This document shows positions 18,456 through 27,026 of a DNA stretch of 64,000 nt, piece after piece (within the stretch, counting starts at the first letter, position 1; the number at the start of each line of letters is the position of its first letter). The DNA lies in contig JAZDEZ010000015.1 in the NCBI GenBank assembly GCA_043808365.1, positions 20,683 to 84,682 on the forward strand, written 5' to 3'. Source of the DNA: Patescibacteria group bacterium. Its GTDB lineage: Bacteria; Patescibacteriota; Patescibacteriia; UBA10025; JAHIVO01. A program made the translations under genes and the position numbers. The notes under the pieces are model-generated. The model was given only the letters and a program-made list of their open reading frames with translations, did not search any database and had not been told where the DNA came from.

Positions 18456-18984
18456 ATATTTTTATCAAATCGCGCAACGCTTTGGTTAGCCACCGGAAAC
18501 TTAACCTAGACCAAGGAATTGAATTTTTCCTGAACCACCGATATCCGTTTATATCATCCATCGGTTTCAATGCTCCGGACCGGATTTTAGCCAGGTAAAT
18601 AAGATTCAAGGTGTTTAAATCATACCCATGCCGATATGTATCCATATACACGCCGAGTAATCGGACTTCCTTGAGAGTGATGCCCAGCTCCTCCTTGATT
18701 TCCCGAAATAAACCACGCCGTGGCTCTTCACCGTCCTCCAGAAAGCCGCCTGGCGAGTCCCACCAGCCTTTTTTCGGATTCACTGCCCGTTTAACCAGTA
18801 AAATACGATTCTGAACATCCTCCAGAAATACAGATACCGTTGGCTTGGAATTCTGGTAAAAATCATACCTGCATCGAGAACAGCGGAGCATCCCTTTTTT
18901 CTGGAATCTGGAATACTTCGCCCCGCAATGCGGGCAGAATTTAAAATATGCATTAGCGCTGTAATTCATATGCGCGCAAGACAT
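18454..18984 (-). CDS. NUDIX hydrolase with an N-terminal zinc ribbon.
   Basis: CPHCG...CSRCRY zinc ribbon. Nudix box GGFLEDGEEPRRGLFREIKEELG. Confidence 0.7.
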   Translation of the reverse strand: MSCAHMNYSANAYFKFCPHCGAKYSRFQKKGMLRCSRCRYDFYQNSKPTVSVFLEDVQNRILLVKRAVNPKKGWWDSPGGFLEDGEEPRRGLFREIKEELGITLKEVRLLGVYMDTYRHGYDLNTLNLIYLAKIRSGALKPMDDINGYRWFRKNSIPWSRLSFRWLTKALRDLIKI

Positions 18985-19795
18985 TTTGTAAAAGCATAGA
19001 CACGGTCATCGGCCCGACTCCTCCTGGCACGGGGGTTATCCAGCCAGCAACGCCGGAAACGTCAGTAAAATCAACGTCACCGACCGCTTTGCCGTTGAGC
19101 CGATTATAGCCGACATCAATGACTATGGCGCCAGGCTTGACCATTTCTTTTTTCACGAACCTCGGCCGGCCGATCGCCACGATAATGACGTCAGCCGCCA
19201 GCGTCTGCTCCGCTAACTTAATATCGTCCGGCGACACATGGTCCGCTCGGCTTCCTAGTTTTTCCATCAGTAATGCGATTGGTTGGTAAAAAATCTTGCT
19301 GTTAGAAATGATGACAGTTTTTTTCTCCGTTAAGCTTTCTCCGGTGCTTCGCGCCAGCTCTACGATCCCGGCCGCCAAACCCGGCACCAGGCCCGGCCGG
19401 CCTTGCTGCTGCGACTGGATGTTTTCCGGATGAAAACCGTCTACGTCTTTAATTGGTTTTATGGCGCTGATGATTTTGTCCGTGCCGTACCCTTTTGGCA
19501 AAGGGAGCTGCACGAGGATGCCATTGATGTCTTTACGACCGTTCAATTCTGAAATCTTTTCCATGACCTTCGGCTCGCCGATGTTCTCCGGATACACGTA
19601 TTTTTCGATTACAATACCAACGTCCTGCGCCGCCTGCTCTTTCAGCCCAACGTAAATATACGAGGCCGGATCGCTGCCAATTAAAATAATCGCCAAGCCC
19701 GGCTTGTTGGAAAGCTTGGCCACGCTCCGTTTAACGTCTTGCAAGACGCCATCCGCTATTTTTTTGCCATCAATGATGTGTGCTCTTTGAAACAT
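18953..19795 (-). CDS. folD: Bifunctional methylenetetrahydrofolate dehydrogenase/cyclohydrolase.
   Basis: 280 aa with the FolD pattern (IILIGSDPASYIYVGLK..., GRPRFV, PVPGGVGPMT). It overlaps the Nudix gene by 32 nt. Confidence 0.85.
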   Translation of the reverse strand: MFQRAHIIDGKKIADGVLQDVKRSVAKLSNKPGLAIILIGSDPASYIYVGLKEQAAQDVGIVIEKYVYPENIGEPKVMEKISELNGRKDINGILVQLPLPKGYGTDKIISAIKPIKDVDGFHPENIQSQQQGRPGLVPGLAAGIVELARSTGESLTEKKTVIISNSKIFYQPIALLMEKLGSRADHVSPDDIKLAEQTLAADVIIVAIGRPRFVKKEMVKPGAIVIDVGYNRLNGKAVGDVDFTDVSGVAGWITPVPGGVGPMTVSMLLQNVLRAYELQR

Positions 19796-19860
19796 ACGCT
19801 AATCATATCATAAATCCGCCCGTCCAACACAGGTATGGCCATGTGCGCCGCCCCACCCTT

Positions 19861-19942
19861 GTCATTGCGAGGAGTGGAACGACGAAGCAATCTGGCCTGC
19901 AAGACTATCCCGAACAGAGCCGAGGAATCCCTCAGTAGATAC
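19861..19942 (+). repeat. Copy R2 of the GTCATTGCGAGGAG MITE-like repeat.
   Basis: GTCATTGCGAGGAGTGGAACGACGAAGCAATCT ... GAATCCCTCAGTAGATAC. Confidence 0.4.
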
Positions 19943-20125
19943 TATAAAACCCTTCACTGAGCTCGGGATGAAGGCTGTGCCCGCGGCGGTATGAATAAAT
20001 GCACGCGCAACCACGGCGGGTTGCGCTCCGAGGGTAATAAAAATCGGGGCGGCGCTATTGCCATCCTTCTGAAACCAACCTCTGACTTCCTGACTAATTT
20101 CTAACAACTAAAAACTAACTACTAA

Positions 20126-21424
20126 TTACTTATTACTAATTACTGAACCATACACCGGATGCTTTTCTGTGAGTTCTTTTACTTTTTTCCTCACCTCTTC
20201 TTTGGCTGATTCTTTTTGTGGGTTATGGATAGTCTCGGCAATCACGTCTGCCACGACTTTCATGTCTTCTTCCGTAAAACCGCGAGTGGTCAATGCCGGC
20301 GTGCCCAACCGGATGCCAGACGGGTCCATCGGCTTACGCGGGTCGAATGGCACGGTATTCTTATTGACCGTAATCCCCACTTCATCCAGTAGGGTCTCAG
20401 CTTCCTGGCCGGTTATGTTCTTGTTGGTTAAATCAACTAATAATAAATGGTTGTCCGTGCCGCCGGTGATCAGCTTGAAATCATGCGCCAAAAGCTGTTC
20501 GGCCAGCGCCTTGGCATTTTTGACAATTTGATGGCCGTACAGCTGAAAAGCCTTGGTTGACGCTTCTTTCAGCGCTACGGCAATGGCCGCGGTCTGATGG
20601 TTATGCGGCCCGCCTTGCAAGCCCGGGAATACTGCCCGGTCAATGAGTTCGGCTAAATTCCACTTTGACCCCGCGTGATATTTTTCCTTCAAACGATCCT
20701 CTTTTTTCGGGCATAAAATCATCGCTCCCCGCGGCCCGCGCAATGTCTTGTGCGTGGTCGTCATAATGACATCCGCATGATCAACGGGCGACTGGTGCGC
20801 GCCGGCAATCACCAACCCGGCCACATGGGAAATATCAGTCAGTAAATACGCTCCCACCTCGCGTGCTATCCGGCCGAACGCGGCAAAATCAAATTCACGC
20901 GGATACGCCGTCGCGCCGGCGATAATCATTTTCGGCCGCTCCTTTTTTGCCAGTTCCAGCACCTCTTCATAATTTATCAGTTGGGTTTCCTTGTCGACGC
21001 CATACGGCACTGAATGGTAGTACCGTCCGGAAAAATTCACTTTCCACCCGTGCGTCAGATGCCCGCCATGCGGCAGGCTCATGCCCATGACTTTGTCCCC
21101 CGGCTCCAGCAACGCGAAATACACCGCCTGGTTGGCCGGCGAACCGGAGTACGGCTGGACATTGGCGTGCTCCACGCCGAATAATTGCTTGGCGCGGTCA
21201 CGGGCGATATTCTCAATCACGTCAATAAATTCATTTCCGCCGTAATAGCGTTTGCCGGGATACCCTTCGGAATACTTGTTCGTGCCAATCCCGCCCAAAG
21301 CTTCGAGCACAGCCTTGGACACATAGTTTTCCGAAGGGATCATTTCCAAGCCGTCCTGCTGTCGTTTGAGTTCTTGGCTAATGGCCGAGAAAATCTCCGG
21401 ATCTTCTTTTTGTAATGGTTCCAT
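20126..21424 (-). CDS. glyA: Serine hydroxymethyltransferase.
   Basis: 432 aa. The PLP-lysine motif TTTHKTLRGPRG and HLTHG are present. Confidence 0.9.
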   Translation of the reverse strand: MEPLQKEDPEIFSAISQELKRQQDGLEMIPSENYVSKAVLEALGGIGTNKYSEGYPGKRYYGGNEFIDVIENIARDRAKQLFGVEHANVQPYSGSPANQAVYFALLEPGDKVMGMSLPHGGHLTHGWKVNFSGRYYHSVPYGVDKETQLINYEEVLELAKKERPKMIIAGATAYPREFDFAAFGRIAREVGAYLLTDISHVAGLVIAGAHQSPVDHADVIMTTTHKTLRGPRGAMILCPKKEDRLKEKYHAGSKWNLAELIDRAVFPGLQGGPHNHQTAAIAVALKEASTKAFQLYGHQIVKNAKALAEQLLAHDFKLITGGTDNHLLLVDLTNKNITGQEAETLLDEVGITVNKNTVPFDPRKPMDPSGIRLGTPALTTRGFTEEDMKVVADVIAETIHNPQKESAKEEVRKKVKELTEKHPVYGSVISNK

Positions 21425-21467
21425 ACCTGCATTGTACTGGAAAAATGGCCGGATGGCAAAAATGCTC

Positions 21468-21496
21468 TTGACATGATCTAATGTTTACTGTACAAT
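21468..21496 (+). promoter_or_regulatory. Near-consensus sigma70 promoter driving the retron locus, divergent from glyA.
   Basis: TTGACA, 17-nt spacer, TACAAT. Confidence 0.5.
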
Positions 21497-21502
21497 ACGG
21501 GT

Positions 21503-21778
21503 TGCCAAATTACGTGGCTATGGCGATTCGCCATATTTGATGGTTTTTGAATCTCGAAAGAACTTTTTCAACTCAAAGAAATACCTCCTCTATGCGCGTC
21601 TATCCGCGTCCCTAGCATAGCCTAGGGGTTACTGTTTTCCGCACACAAGGTACAGATTGTAATTGGTACTTTACTGAAATAAGGCTGAAATTACTGTTTA
21701 TCAGTTATAGATAAATTTTTTCTAAAAGGTCGGGGATGACACTCATCCAAAAAACCATTAAAGAAAGGAGGCACAACA
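21503..21778 (+). ncRNA. Candidate retron non-coding RNA (msr/msd) region. Its boundaries are not defined.
   Basis: ~280 nt with no ORF, lying between a strong promoter and the retron-type RT gene. Several stem-loops are present (ATGGCGA-T-TCGCCAT, CCCTAG-CATAGC-CTAGGG, ACTG...CAGT). I could not identify unambiguous a1/a2 repeats by eye. Confidence 0.3.
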
Positions 21779-21985
21779 ATGAAAAAGAAATATTCGGGAA
21801 GAAGGGTAATTTCCACTCTTTCGCTGCGTTACAGTAGGTCCGTTAACTCCTCTGACTCAAATTTAGGCGCACTGCGACAGTTCATAAATGGATGTAAAAA
21901 ACTGTGGAAAATCATATCAACCCTACCTTTTTATCAATTAACTCGCCCGCTAATCACGGGCGAGGTTTTAATACAACAAATTTAA
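21779..21985 (+). CDS. Small basic hypothetical protein (68 aa) overlapping the RT start in another frame.
   Basis: Best SD in the locus (AAAGAAAGGAGGCACAACA-ATG). No recognisable domain. It may instead be non-coding msd sequence. Confidence 0.3.
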   Translation: MKKKYSGRRVISTLSLRYSRSVNSSDSNLGALRQFINGCKKLWKIISTLPFYQLTRPLITGEVLIQQI

Positions 21986-22890
21986 AATTAAAAAACTTAT
22001 CTGATCTCGCCAAATTAATAAATACTCCTGTCTGGTTTATAAATAAATTGATCCAAACAAGACAAAAACGATATAACTTTTGGAATTACCCCAAAAAAAG
22101 TGGCGGTATTAGAACTTTGTCGAGACCAGATGCTGAATTACGGTTTGTCCAAGAAAAGATATATCAAAATATTCTCCGTTTTGTACCTCTTCCTGAATAC
22201 ATTCACTCACAAATAGGCCATTCCCATGTACAACACGCAGTTAGCCATCAAGGTAAACCGCTGGTTTTACTTTTTGATATTGCCGACTTTTTCCCAAGCA
22301 TTAGTACCAGAATGGTAAAAAACGCATTAACCCATGCGGGATTTACTGAAATTGTCGCAAAAAAAATAGCTAACCTGTGCACATTATCGAATAAAAGTAC
22401 ATCGCATGGATTTCTCCCTCAAGGAACCTCAACCAGTCCAGCATTGGCAACACTAGTGGCGACATCGCTTGATCATCGTCTATGGAAACTGAGTTCTAAA
22501 AATAATTGGATCTATACCCGTTTTGCTGATGATATCGCAATTTCAGGAGGTCTAGGCCTAAGACGAGCAAAAAAACTAATACTCAATATTATCAACAGTT
22601 CCAATTTCAAGGTAAGGGAGTCAAAAACTGAAGAAATAATCCCCGGACGCCGTAATAAAATAGTAGGGCTGCAACTTTATGGAAAAAATATTACGCCGCC
22701 AAGAGAATATTACAAACTTTTACGATCTATGATCCACCATCTTCAAACCAATAAAATACGTGGAAAAGCCAGACTGAAATTAAGAAAAAGTATTCAATCA
22801 AGGCTTTCATACGGTCTTTACGTTGAAAAAATAAGCAACACAAAACAAGGAAAGTTTTTTCGGCTTGCCCAAGCAATAACTATCGCTTAA
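21904..22890 (+). CDS. Retron-type reverse transcriptase (GTG start).
   Basis: RT motifs 1-2 YPKKSGGIRTL, motif A LLFDIADFFPSI, motif B' LPQGTSTSPALATL, motif C YTRFADDIAI. The thumb region RRNKIVGLQLYGKNITPPREYYKLLRSMIHHL parallels the retron-RT VTG...IHH region. 328 aa is a typical retron RT length. Confidence 0.8.
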   Translation: MENHINPTFLSINSPANHGRGFNTTNLKLKNLSDLAKLINTPVWFINKLIQTRQKRYNFWNYPKKSGGIRTLSRPDAELRFVQEKIYQNILRFVPLPEYIHSQIGHSHVQHAVSHQGKPLVLLFDIADFFPSISTRMVKNALTHAGFTEIVAKKIANLCTLSNKSTSHGFLPQGTSTSPALATLVATSLDHRLWKLSSKNNWIYTRFADDIAISGGLGLRRAKKLILNIINSSNFKVRESKTEEIIPGRRNKIVGLQLYGKNITPPREYYKLLRSMIHHLQTNKIRGKARLKLRKSIQSRLSYGLYVEKISNTKQGKFFRLAQAITIA

Positions 22891-22891
22891 T

Positions 22892-23416
22892 TTATTTCAC
22901 CTTCGCCCAGAGGTACTCACTGATCAATCTCCCCCGCTTTTTGACCACTTTGCGCATCAGGCCTTCGCGCTTAAAACCGTTCTTTTTTAAAACCTTTTGC
23001 GATGCTCGATTTGGGACAAACGTATACGCGTACACCCGATGAAGTTTGAACTTTTTAAACGCATAGTTAACCACCAGCTTCACTGCCTCTGGGATTATAC
23101 CCTGACCCCAGTATCTCCGTGCCAGCCAATAGCCGATTTCCGCCTTGTGTCGTGGTTCGATATGCGACAAACCGACACACCCGACAATCTCCCTATCCAT
23201 CTCAATGGCAAATTGAATATCTTTGGGTGAGCGCTGACGGTACTGCGGGATTGTCTTGGCAAACCACTTTGTGGCGTCGGACAAACGGTAGGGGTATGGG
23301 ATATGCAATGTGTACCGGTATATTTTGTAGTCGTTAATATTACGGGCTACAGCTGGCGCGTCCGACAGGCGATATGGCCGTAACACAAAACGCTTGGTTT
23401 TGATGACGTAGTTCAT
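22892..23416 (-). CDS. GNAT family N-acetyltransferase (RimJ/RimL-like).
   Basis: RFVLRPYRLSDA..., IVGCVGL, and the acetyl-CoA motif RRYWGQGIIPEAVKLVVNYAF. Confidence 0.75.
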   Translation of the reverse strand: MNYVIKTKRFVLRPYRLSDAPAVARNINDYKIYRYTLHIPYPYRLSDATKWFAKTIPQYRQRSPKDIQFAIEMDREIVGCVGLSHIEPRHKAEIGYWLARRYWGQGIIPEAVKLVVNYAFKKFKLHRVYAYTFVPNRASQKVLKKNGFKREGLMRKVVKKRGRLISEYLWAKVK

Positions 23417-23426
23417 TGGTGGAGTC

Positions 23427-24377
23427 CTATTTTACTAAAAACTTCCTTACCGATTCCAGCTGTCCGGCACTGCCCAGCATCTCGTTCTTATGGACAATGT
23501 ATTTAGCATATTCGGCCATAAACACCTTGCCGGGTTTGCGCAGGTCAAACACTTCCGGATGGTCGCGGAACATTTCCCGGTGCACGCGGCACCACACCAG
23601 CCGTCCGTCCGTATCGATGTTCACCTTGGTCACGCCCATTGCGGCCGCTTTCTTGAACTGCGTCTCATCCACGCCTTTGGCGCCTTTCATAACACCGCCG
23701 GCCGCGTTGATGCGGTCAATCTCGTCCTTCGGCACGGAGCTGGATCCGTGCATGACTAACGGGAAACCGGGTAATAATTTCTCAATGCCTTCGATTACCT
23801 CAAAATGCAGGCCTTGCGTACCGGCGAATTTATAGGCGCCGTGGCTCGTGCCGATGGCGCAGGCTAAGCTGTCGCAGCCGGTCTGGGCGACGAATTCTTT
23901 GGCTTGCACGGGGTCGGTCAATTTCGCATCGCTCTCCGCCACGCTGACATGCTCCTCAACGCCGCCGAGCTGGCCCAATTCCGCCTCAACTGAAATTCCT
24001 TTGGCATGGGCCGCGGCAACGACCCGCTTGGTGGCGGCGACATTGCCGTCAAACGGAAGTGCGGACGCGTCGATCATGACCGAACTGTAAAATCCGCCGG
24101 TAATGCAGTCCAGGCATGCCGCTTCATCGCCATGGTCCAGGTGGACGGCGAAAATCGCTGCTGGAAAAATTTCTTCAGCCGACTTGATCATTGCTTCCAA
24201 TAATCGCTTGTCAGTATATTCCCTAGCGCCTTTGGATATTTGGATAATGAACGGCGCCTGGCTGTCCAAGTTGCCCTGGAACAAGCCCATGATCTGCTCG
24301 GCGTTATTGATGTTATAAGCGCCGACGGCATATTTTTTATATGCGTGCTTAAATAATTTTTCTGTGGCGACGATCAT
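23427..24377 (-). CDS. fba: Class II fructose-bisphosphate aldolase.
   Basis: FIIQISKGAREY, AVHLDHGD, HGSSSVP, and a class II aldolase C-terminus. Confidence 0.85.
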   Translation of the reverse strand: MIVATEKLFKHAYKKYAVGAYNINNAEQIMGLFQGNLDSQAPFIIQISKGAREYTDKRLLEAMIKSAEEIFPAAIFAVHLDHGDEAACLDCITGGFYSSVMIDASALPFDGNVAATKRVVAAAHAKGISVEAELGQLGGVEEHVSVAESDAKLTDPVQAKEFVAQTGCDSLACAIGTSHGAYKFAGTQGLHFEVIEGIEKLLPGFPLVMHGSSSVPKDEIDRINAAGGVMKGAKGVDETQFKKAAAMGVTKVNIDTDGRLVWCRVHREMFRDHPEVFDLRKPGKVFMAEYAKYIVHKNEMLGSAGQLESVRKFLVK

Positions 24378-24400
24378 ATTATTTAATTTAATGGATTATA

Positions 24401-25606
24401 TTAATATACTCGATCGATTAACCCGCTGACTTTCTCCATCTTGGCGGAAAACTCGGCGCGTGGCCGGCCAAAACAGAATCCGAGCTGTTCGTAGAGCGCG
24501 ACCTCATTCAGGTCAACAGTCCTCCGCTTGATGGCGGCGGCAATGTCCATATAGTGGATGGTGCCGTTTTCATACCCGGTCACCGTCACGCCGGCAATGC
24601 CCTGCAGCAGCAGGTACATCGCGGCCGCCCCAGTCTCCATGCCGAAATTCGCGTCAAGCGCAGAAGAAAATCCGCATCGCACCAAATGGCTGGGAACAAT
24701 CGCCCGCACCTCCGGCAAGTCATACTGCCCAGCGACGTACATGCCCTGTTCCACCATAAACCGTTTGATTTCCGAATCATCTTTCATCAGCTTCTTTATT
24801 TCCTGGACCACGTACTTGCCGGCTCCGGCCAGCCTCTGATGGCCGAACGCGTCAATGCCGGACCCTTCGTCATGCAATTCTTTGCCGGATGCGTCCTTGA
24901 TGCCTTCCGCCACGACAATGGTGTATGTGCCGGCCTTGACATCACTTTCCATGATGCGCTTCATGTATACCTTCTTCAAATGACGGTATAATTCACCGAA
25001 CTTGACGGGGATTTCCGGAATCAGAATCGCGTCTGCCTCCCCAGCCACACCGCCGCGGAACGCCGCATGGCCGGTATACCTGCCGAACGCCTCTATAACC
25101 AAAATCCGATTATGCGTCCGGCCGGTCGTTTTCAGGTCGCGAATGCAGTCAGCGATGCGGTTAATGGTCGAGTCGCCGCCGAGAGAATATGGCACCAGAT
25201 CCAGATCCATAGTCTTTGGCACATGGATGCACTTGATGCCGTGCTTTTCCAAATCCAACACCACGCCGCCCGTATCATCGCCGCCGCTGATGACCAATCC
25301 TTCAATCTTGAATTTCGCCAAACCGGCCTTGATCCGCTCGTACTTTTTATCATCATCTATTTTTGAAATTTTCACGCGCGAATGCCCTGCCTCGGACCCG
25401 GCAATGCCGATGCTGAAAGTGTCTAAACGCGATGGCGTTAATTCAACCAGGGACTTCATGTCACGGAGGTTATACAGCCCCGCATAGCCGTTCGGGATGG
25501 CGAATGCTTTTACGCCCTTGCGGTTCGCCATCTGGGCCACGCCTTTTACGACGGCGTTCAACCCGCCGCAATCCCCGCCGCTGGTGATAATGCCGATTGT
25601 TTTCAT
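24401..25606 (-). CDS. pfp: Phosphofructokinase, probably pyrophosphate-dependent.
   Basis: IGIITSGGDCGGLNAVV. The GGDDTGG motif (rather than GGDGS) and PKTMDLD match the PPi-PFK signature. Confidence 0.8.
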   Translation of the reverse strand: MKTIGIITSGGDCGGLNAVVKGVAQMANRKGVKAFAIPNGYAGLYNLRDMKSLVELTPSRLDTFSIGIAGSEAGHSRVKISKIDDDKKYERIKAGLAKFKIEGLVISGGDDTGGVVLDLEKHGIKCIHVPKTMDLDLVPYSLGGDSTINRIADCIRDLKTTGRTHNRILVIEAFGRYTGHAAFRGGVAGEADAILIPEIPVKFGELYRHLKKVYMKRIMESDVKAGTYTIVVAEGIKDASGKELHDEGSGIDAFGHQRLAGAGKYVVQEIKKLMKDDSEIKRFMVEQGMYVAGQYDLPEVRAIVPSHLVRCGFSSALDANFGMETGAAAMYLLLQGIAGVTVTGYENGTIHYMDIAAAIKRRTVDLNEVALYEQLGFCFGRPRAEFSAKMEKVSGLIDRVY

Positions 25607-25709
25607 ACGTTTTATTTAATTCCTCAAGCGTCAAACAACCATGAAAACATGACATAGAAGTATAGTAATGGTACGGTTTTAACGCCTCTCAGTCAACCGC
25701 CCCCACCAT

Positions 25710-25836
25710 GTCATTGCGAGGAGCGACCCTGAACTCGATTCAGGGGAGCGACGTGGCAATCTCGGTGCAGTCCAACCAACAAGATCCTCACGTCGTGTCG
25801 CCTCTTTTCATTCGGCGCCACTCCTCAGGATGACAC
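25710..25836 (+). repeat. Copy R3 (full length, ~127 nt) of the MITE-like repeat with imperfect terminal inverted repeats.
   Basis: Left end GTCATTGCGAGGAG, internal GACGTGGCAATCTCGGT and AAGATCCTCACGTCG, right end CACTCCTCAGGATGACAC (reverse complement GTGTCATCCTGAGGAGTG). Confidence 0.5.
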
Positions 25837-25852
25837 ATGGGGCGGTAAGAAT

Positions 25853-25881
25853 TTGACAGCCATCTACAAAAGGTGTAAACT
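25853..25881 (+). promoter_or_regulatory. Sigma70-like promoter.
   Basis: TTGACA, 17-nt spacer, TAAACT. Confidence 0.35.
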
Positions 25882-25887
25882 ACCTCC

Positions 25888-26079
25888 GTATGAACAATAC
25901 TTTTCCACAACTAAAAAACCTCTTCCACTACTGTTGGCATTTTTATTTCTCTTCCGTTGAAGAGGTATATTTACGTAGTGGAAAAATTATGGTCTAATCA
26001 CATCCTGCCACGTAAATAAGAAAAGCCTCTTCAATAGAACGGAAGAGGTATTTTTGTATATCCCTTAAACCATCAACGT
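25888..26079 (+). promoter_or_regulatory. Structured 5' leader: tandem terminator-like hairpins with mutually exclusive pairings (attenuator / candidate riboswitch of unknown class).
   Basis: Three CCTCTTC and two GAAGAGG segments. Hairpins CTCTTC-CGTT-GAAGAG+UAUAUUU and CCTCTTC-AATAGAACG-GAAGAGG+UAUUUUUGUAU. A long-range TTTTCCAC/GTGGAAAA pairing is possible. No T-box sequence is present. Confidence 0.35.
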
Positions 26080-26976
26080 ATGAAAAAATCAGTAATAAAA
26101 ATTGGCTCATTATCCATTCCTCAGATAACACTGGGGGGTGGACGGCCTCGGATACTCATTACCGCGGGCATACATGGCGATGAATTCAGCCAGCAGATAG
26201 TTTTGCAACGGCTGCTCGCCGATCCGCCACAGTTACAACGTGGGTCAATCGTTATCCTGCCGCGAGTTAATCCTCTCGGATTGGCAGAAAATACAGAGGT
26301 AAACCCCACTGATGGATTGAATATTAACCGGGTATTCCCGGGTAAAAAAAATTCGCCAAACATCTCGCGGCGTATCGCTAACATGGTGTTCGAACAGGCG
26401 CTCCAAAGCGATACAGTCGTCGATTTGCATAATTTCACCGATCCGGCTCTGCCCCAGATAATCTACGTTGATGCGGGCAAGCGTCAAATCCGCCAACAAT
26501 CACTGCAGTTCTGCCGAATATATGGGTTTCCCCTGGTCTGGAGGATTCGCGCCAACGACCCGGGCATGGATGGCTCCCGCAAAACGCTCATCTTTAATGC
26601 AGTGCGGGCCGGCATACCTGCTATTGGAGTAGAACTGCCGCCGTTGGACGGGCTGACGGAGAAAGAAATAAAAACTGGAGTAACGGGGCTACGTCGGGTT
26701 CTGCAAGTGATGTCTGATTCTGGTAAAAATTTTCAACAACGCCCAATAACCATCATTGACCGTAAAAACGTACGGGCTCAACAGTCCGGCATCTTCGTCC
26801 CCTTGCTGCCAATCGGTGTCTCGGTGAAACCCAGCAGTATTATCGGAAAAATACTCACCTCCGATCTTCAGGAAATGCCAGTCCGCGCTGAATTCAGTGG
26901 GCTGCTGACACGGCTACGGAGAGCGGGGCCCATTAACAAAAAACAACTCATTGGAAATATTGGAATGAAAAAATAA
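26080..26976 (+). CDS. Succinylglutamate-desuccinylase / aspartoacylase (AstE/AspA) family zinc hydrolase.
   Basis: ITAGIHGDEF (Zn ligands), NPLG...DGLNINRVFPG, DLHN. Confidence 0.6.
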   Translation: MKKSVIKIGSLSIPQITLGGGRPRILITAGIHGDEFSQQIVLQRLLADPPQLQRGSIVILPRVNPLGLAENTEVNPTDGLNINRVFPGKKNSPNISRRIANMVFEQALQSDTVVDLHNFTDPALPQIIYVDAGKRQIRQQSLQFCRIYGFPLVWRIRANDPGMDGSRKTLIFNAVRAGIPAIGVELPPLDGLTEKEIKTGVTGLRRVLQVMSDSGKNFQQRPITIIDRKNVRAQQSGIFVPLLPIGVSVKPSSIIGKILTSDLQEMPVRAEFSGLLTRLRRAGPINKKQLIGNIGMKK

Positions 26977-27026
26977 ACAAAAACGTAGTTCCTTAACAAC
27001 CAACTCAACACCGAAGGAGGTTTGCC

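Noticed and set aside
19862-20107. 81-aa minus-strand ORF between folD and glyA.
   Set aside because: It lies entirely over the MITE-like repeat copy R2 and the stop-rich glyA 3' spacer. It has no SD and is a repeat-induced spurious ORF.
20095-20125. AACTACTAATTACTAA-type tandem low-complexity repeats (also at 33140-33190 and 59460-59567), considered as CRISPR or minisatellite.
   Set aside because: No regular repeat-spacer periodicity. They are stop-codon-rich AT spacers, not arrays.
21904-22890. Possibility that the RT belongs to a diversity-generating retroelement (common in CPR).
   Set aside because: Motif B' is QGTSTSP (retron / group II-like), not the DGR [I/V]GxxxSQ. No template/variable repeat pair or C-type-lectin target gene is visible nearby. 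The thumb region resembles the retron VTG/IHH region.
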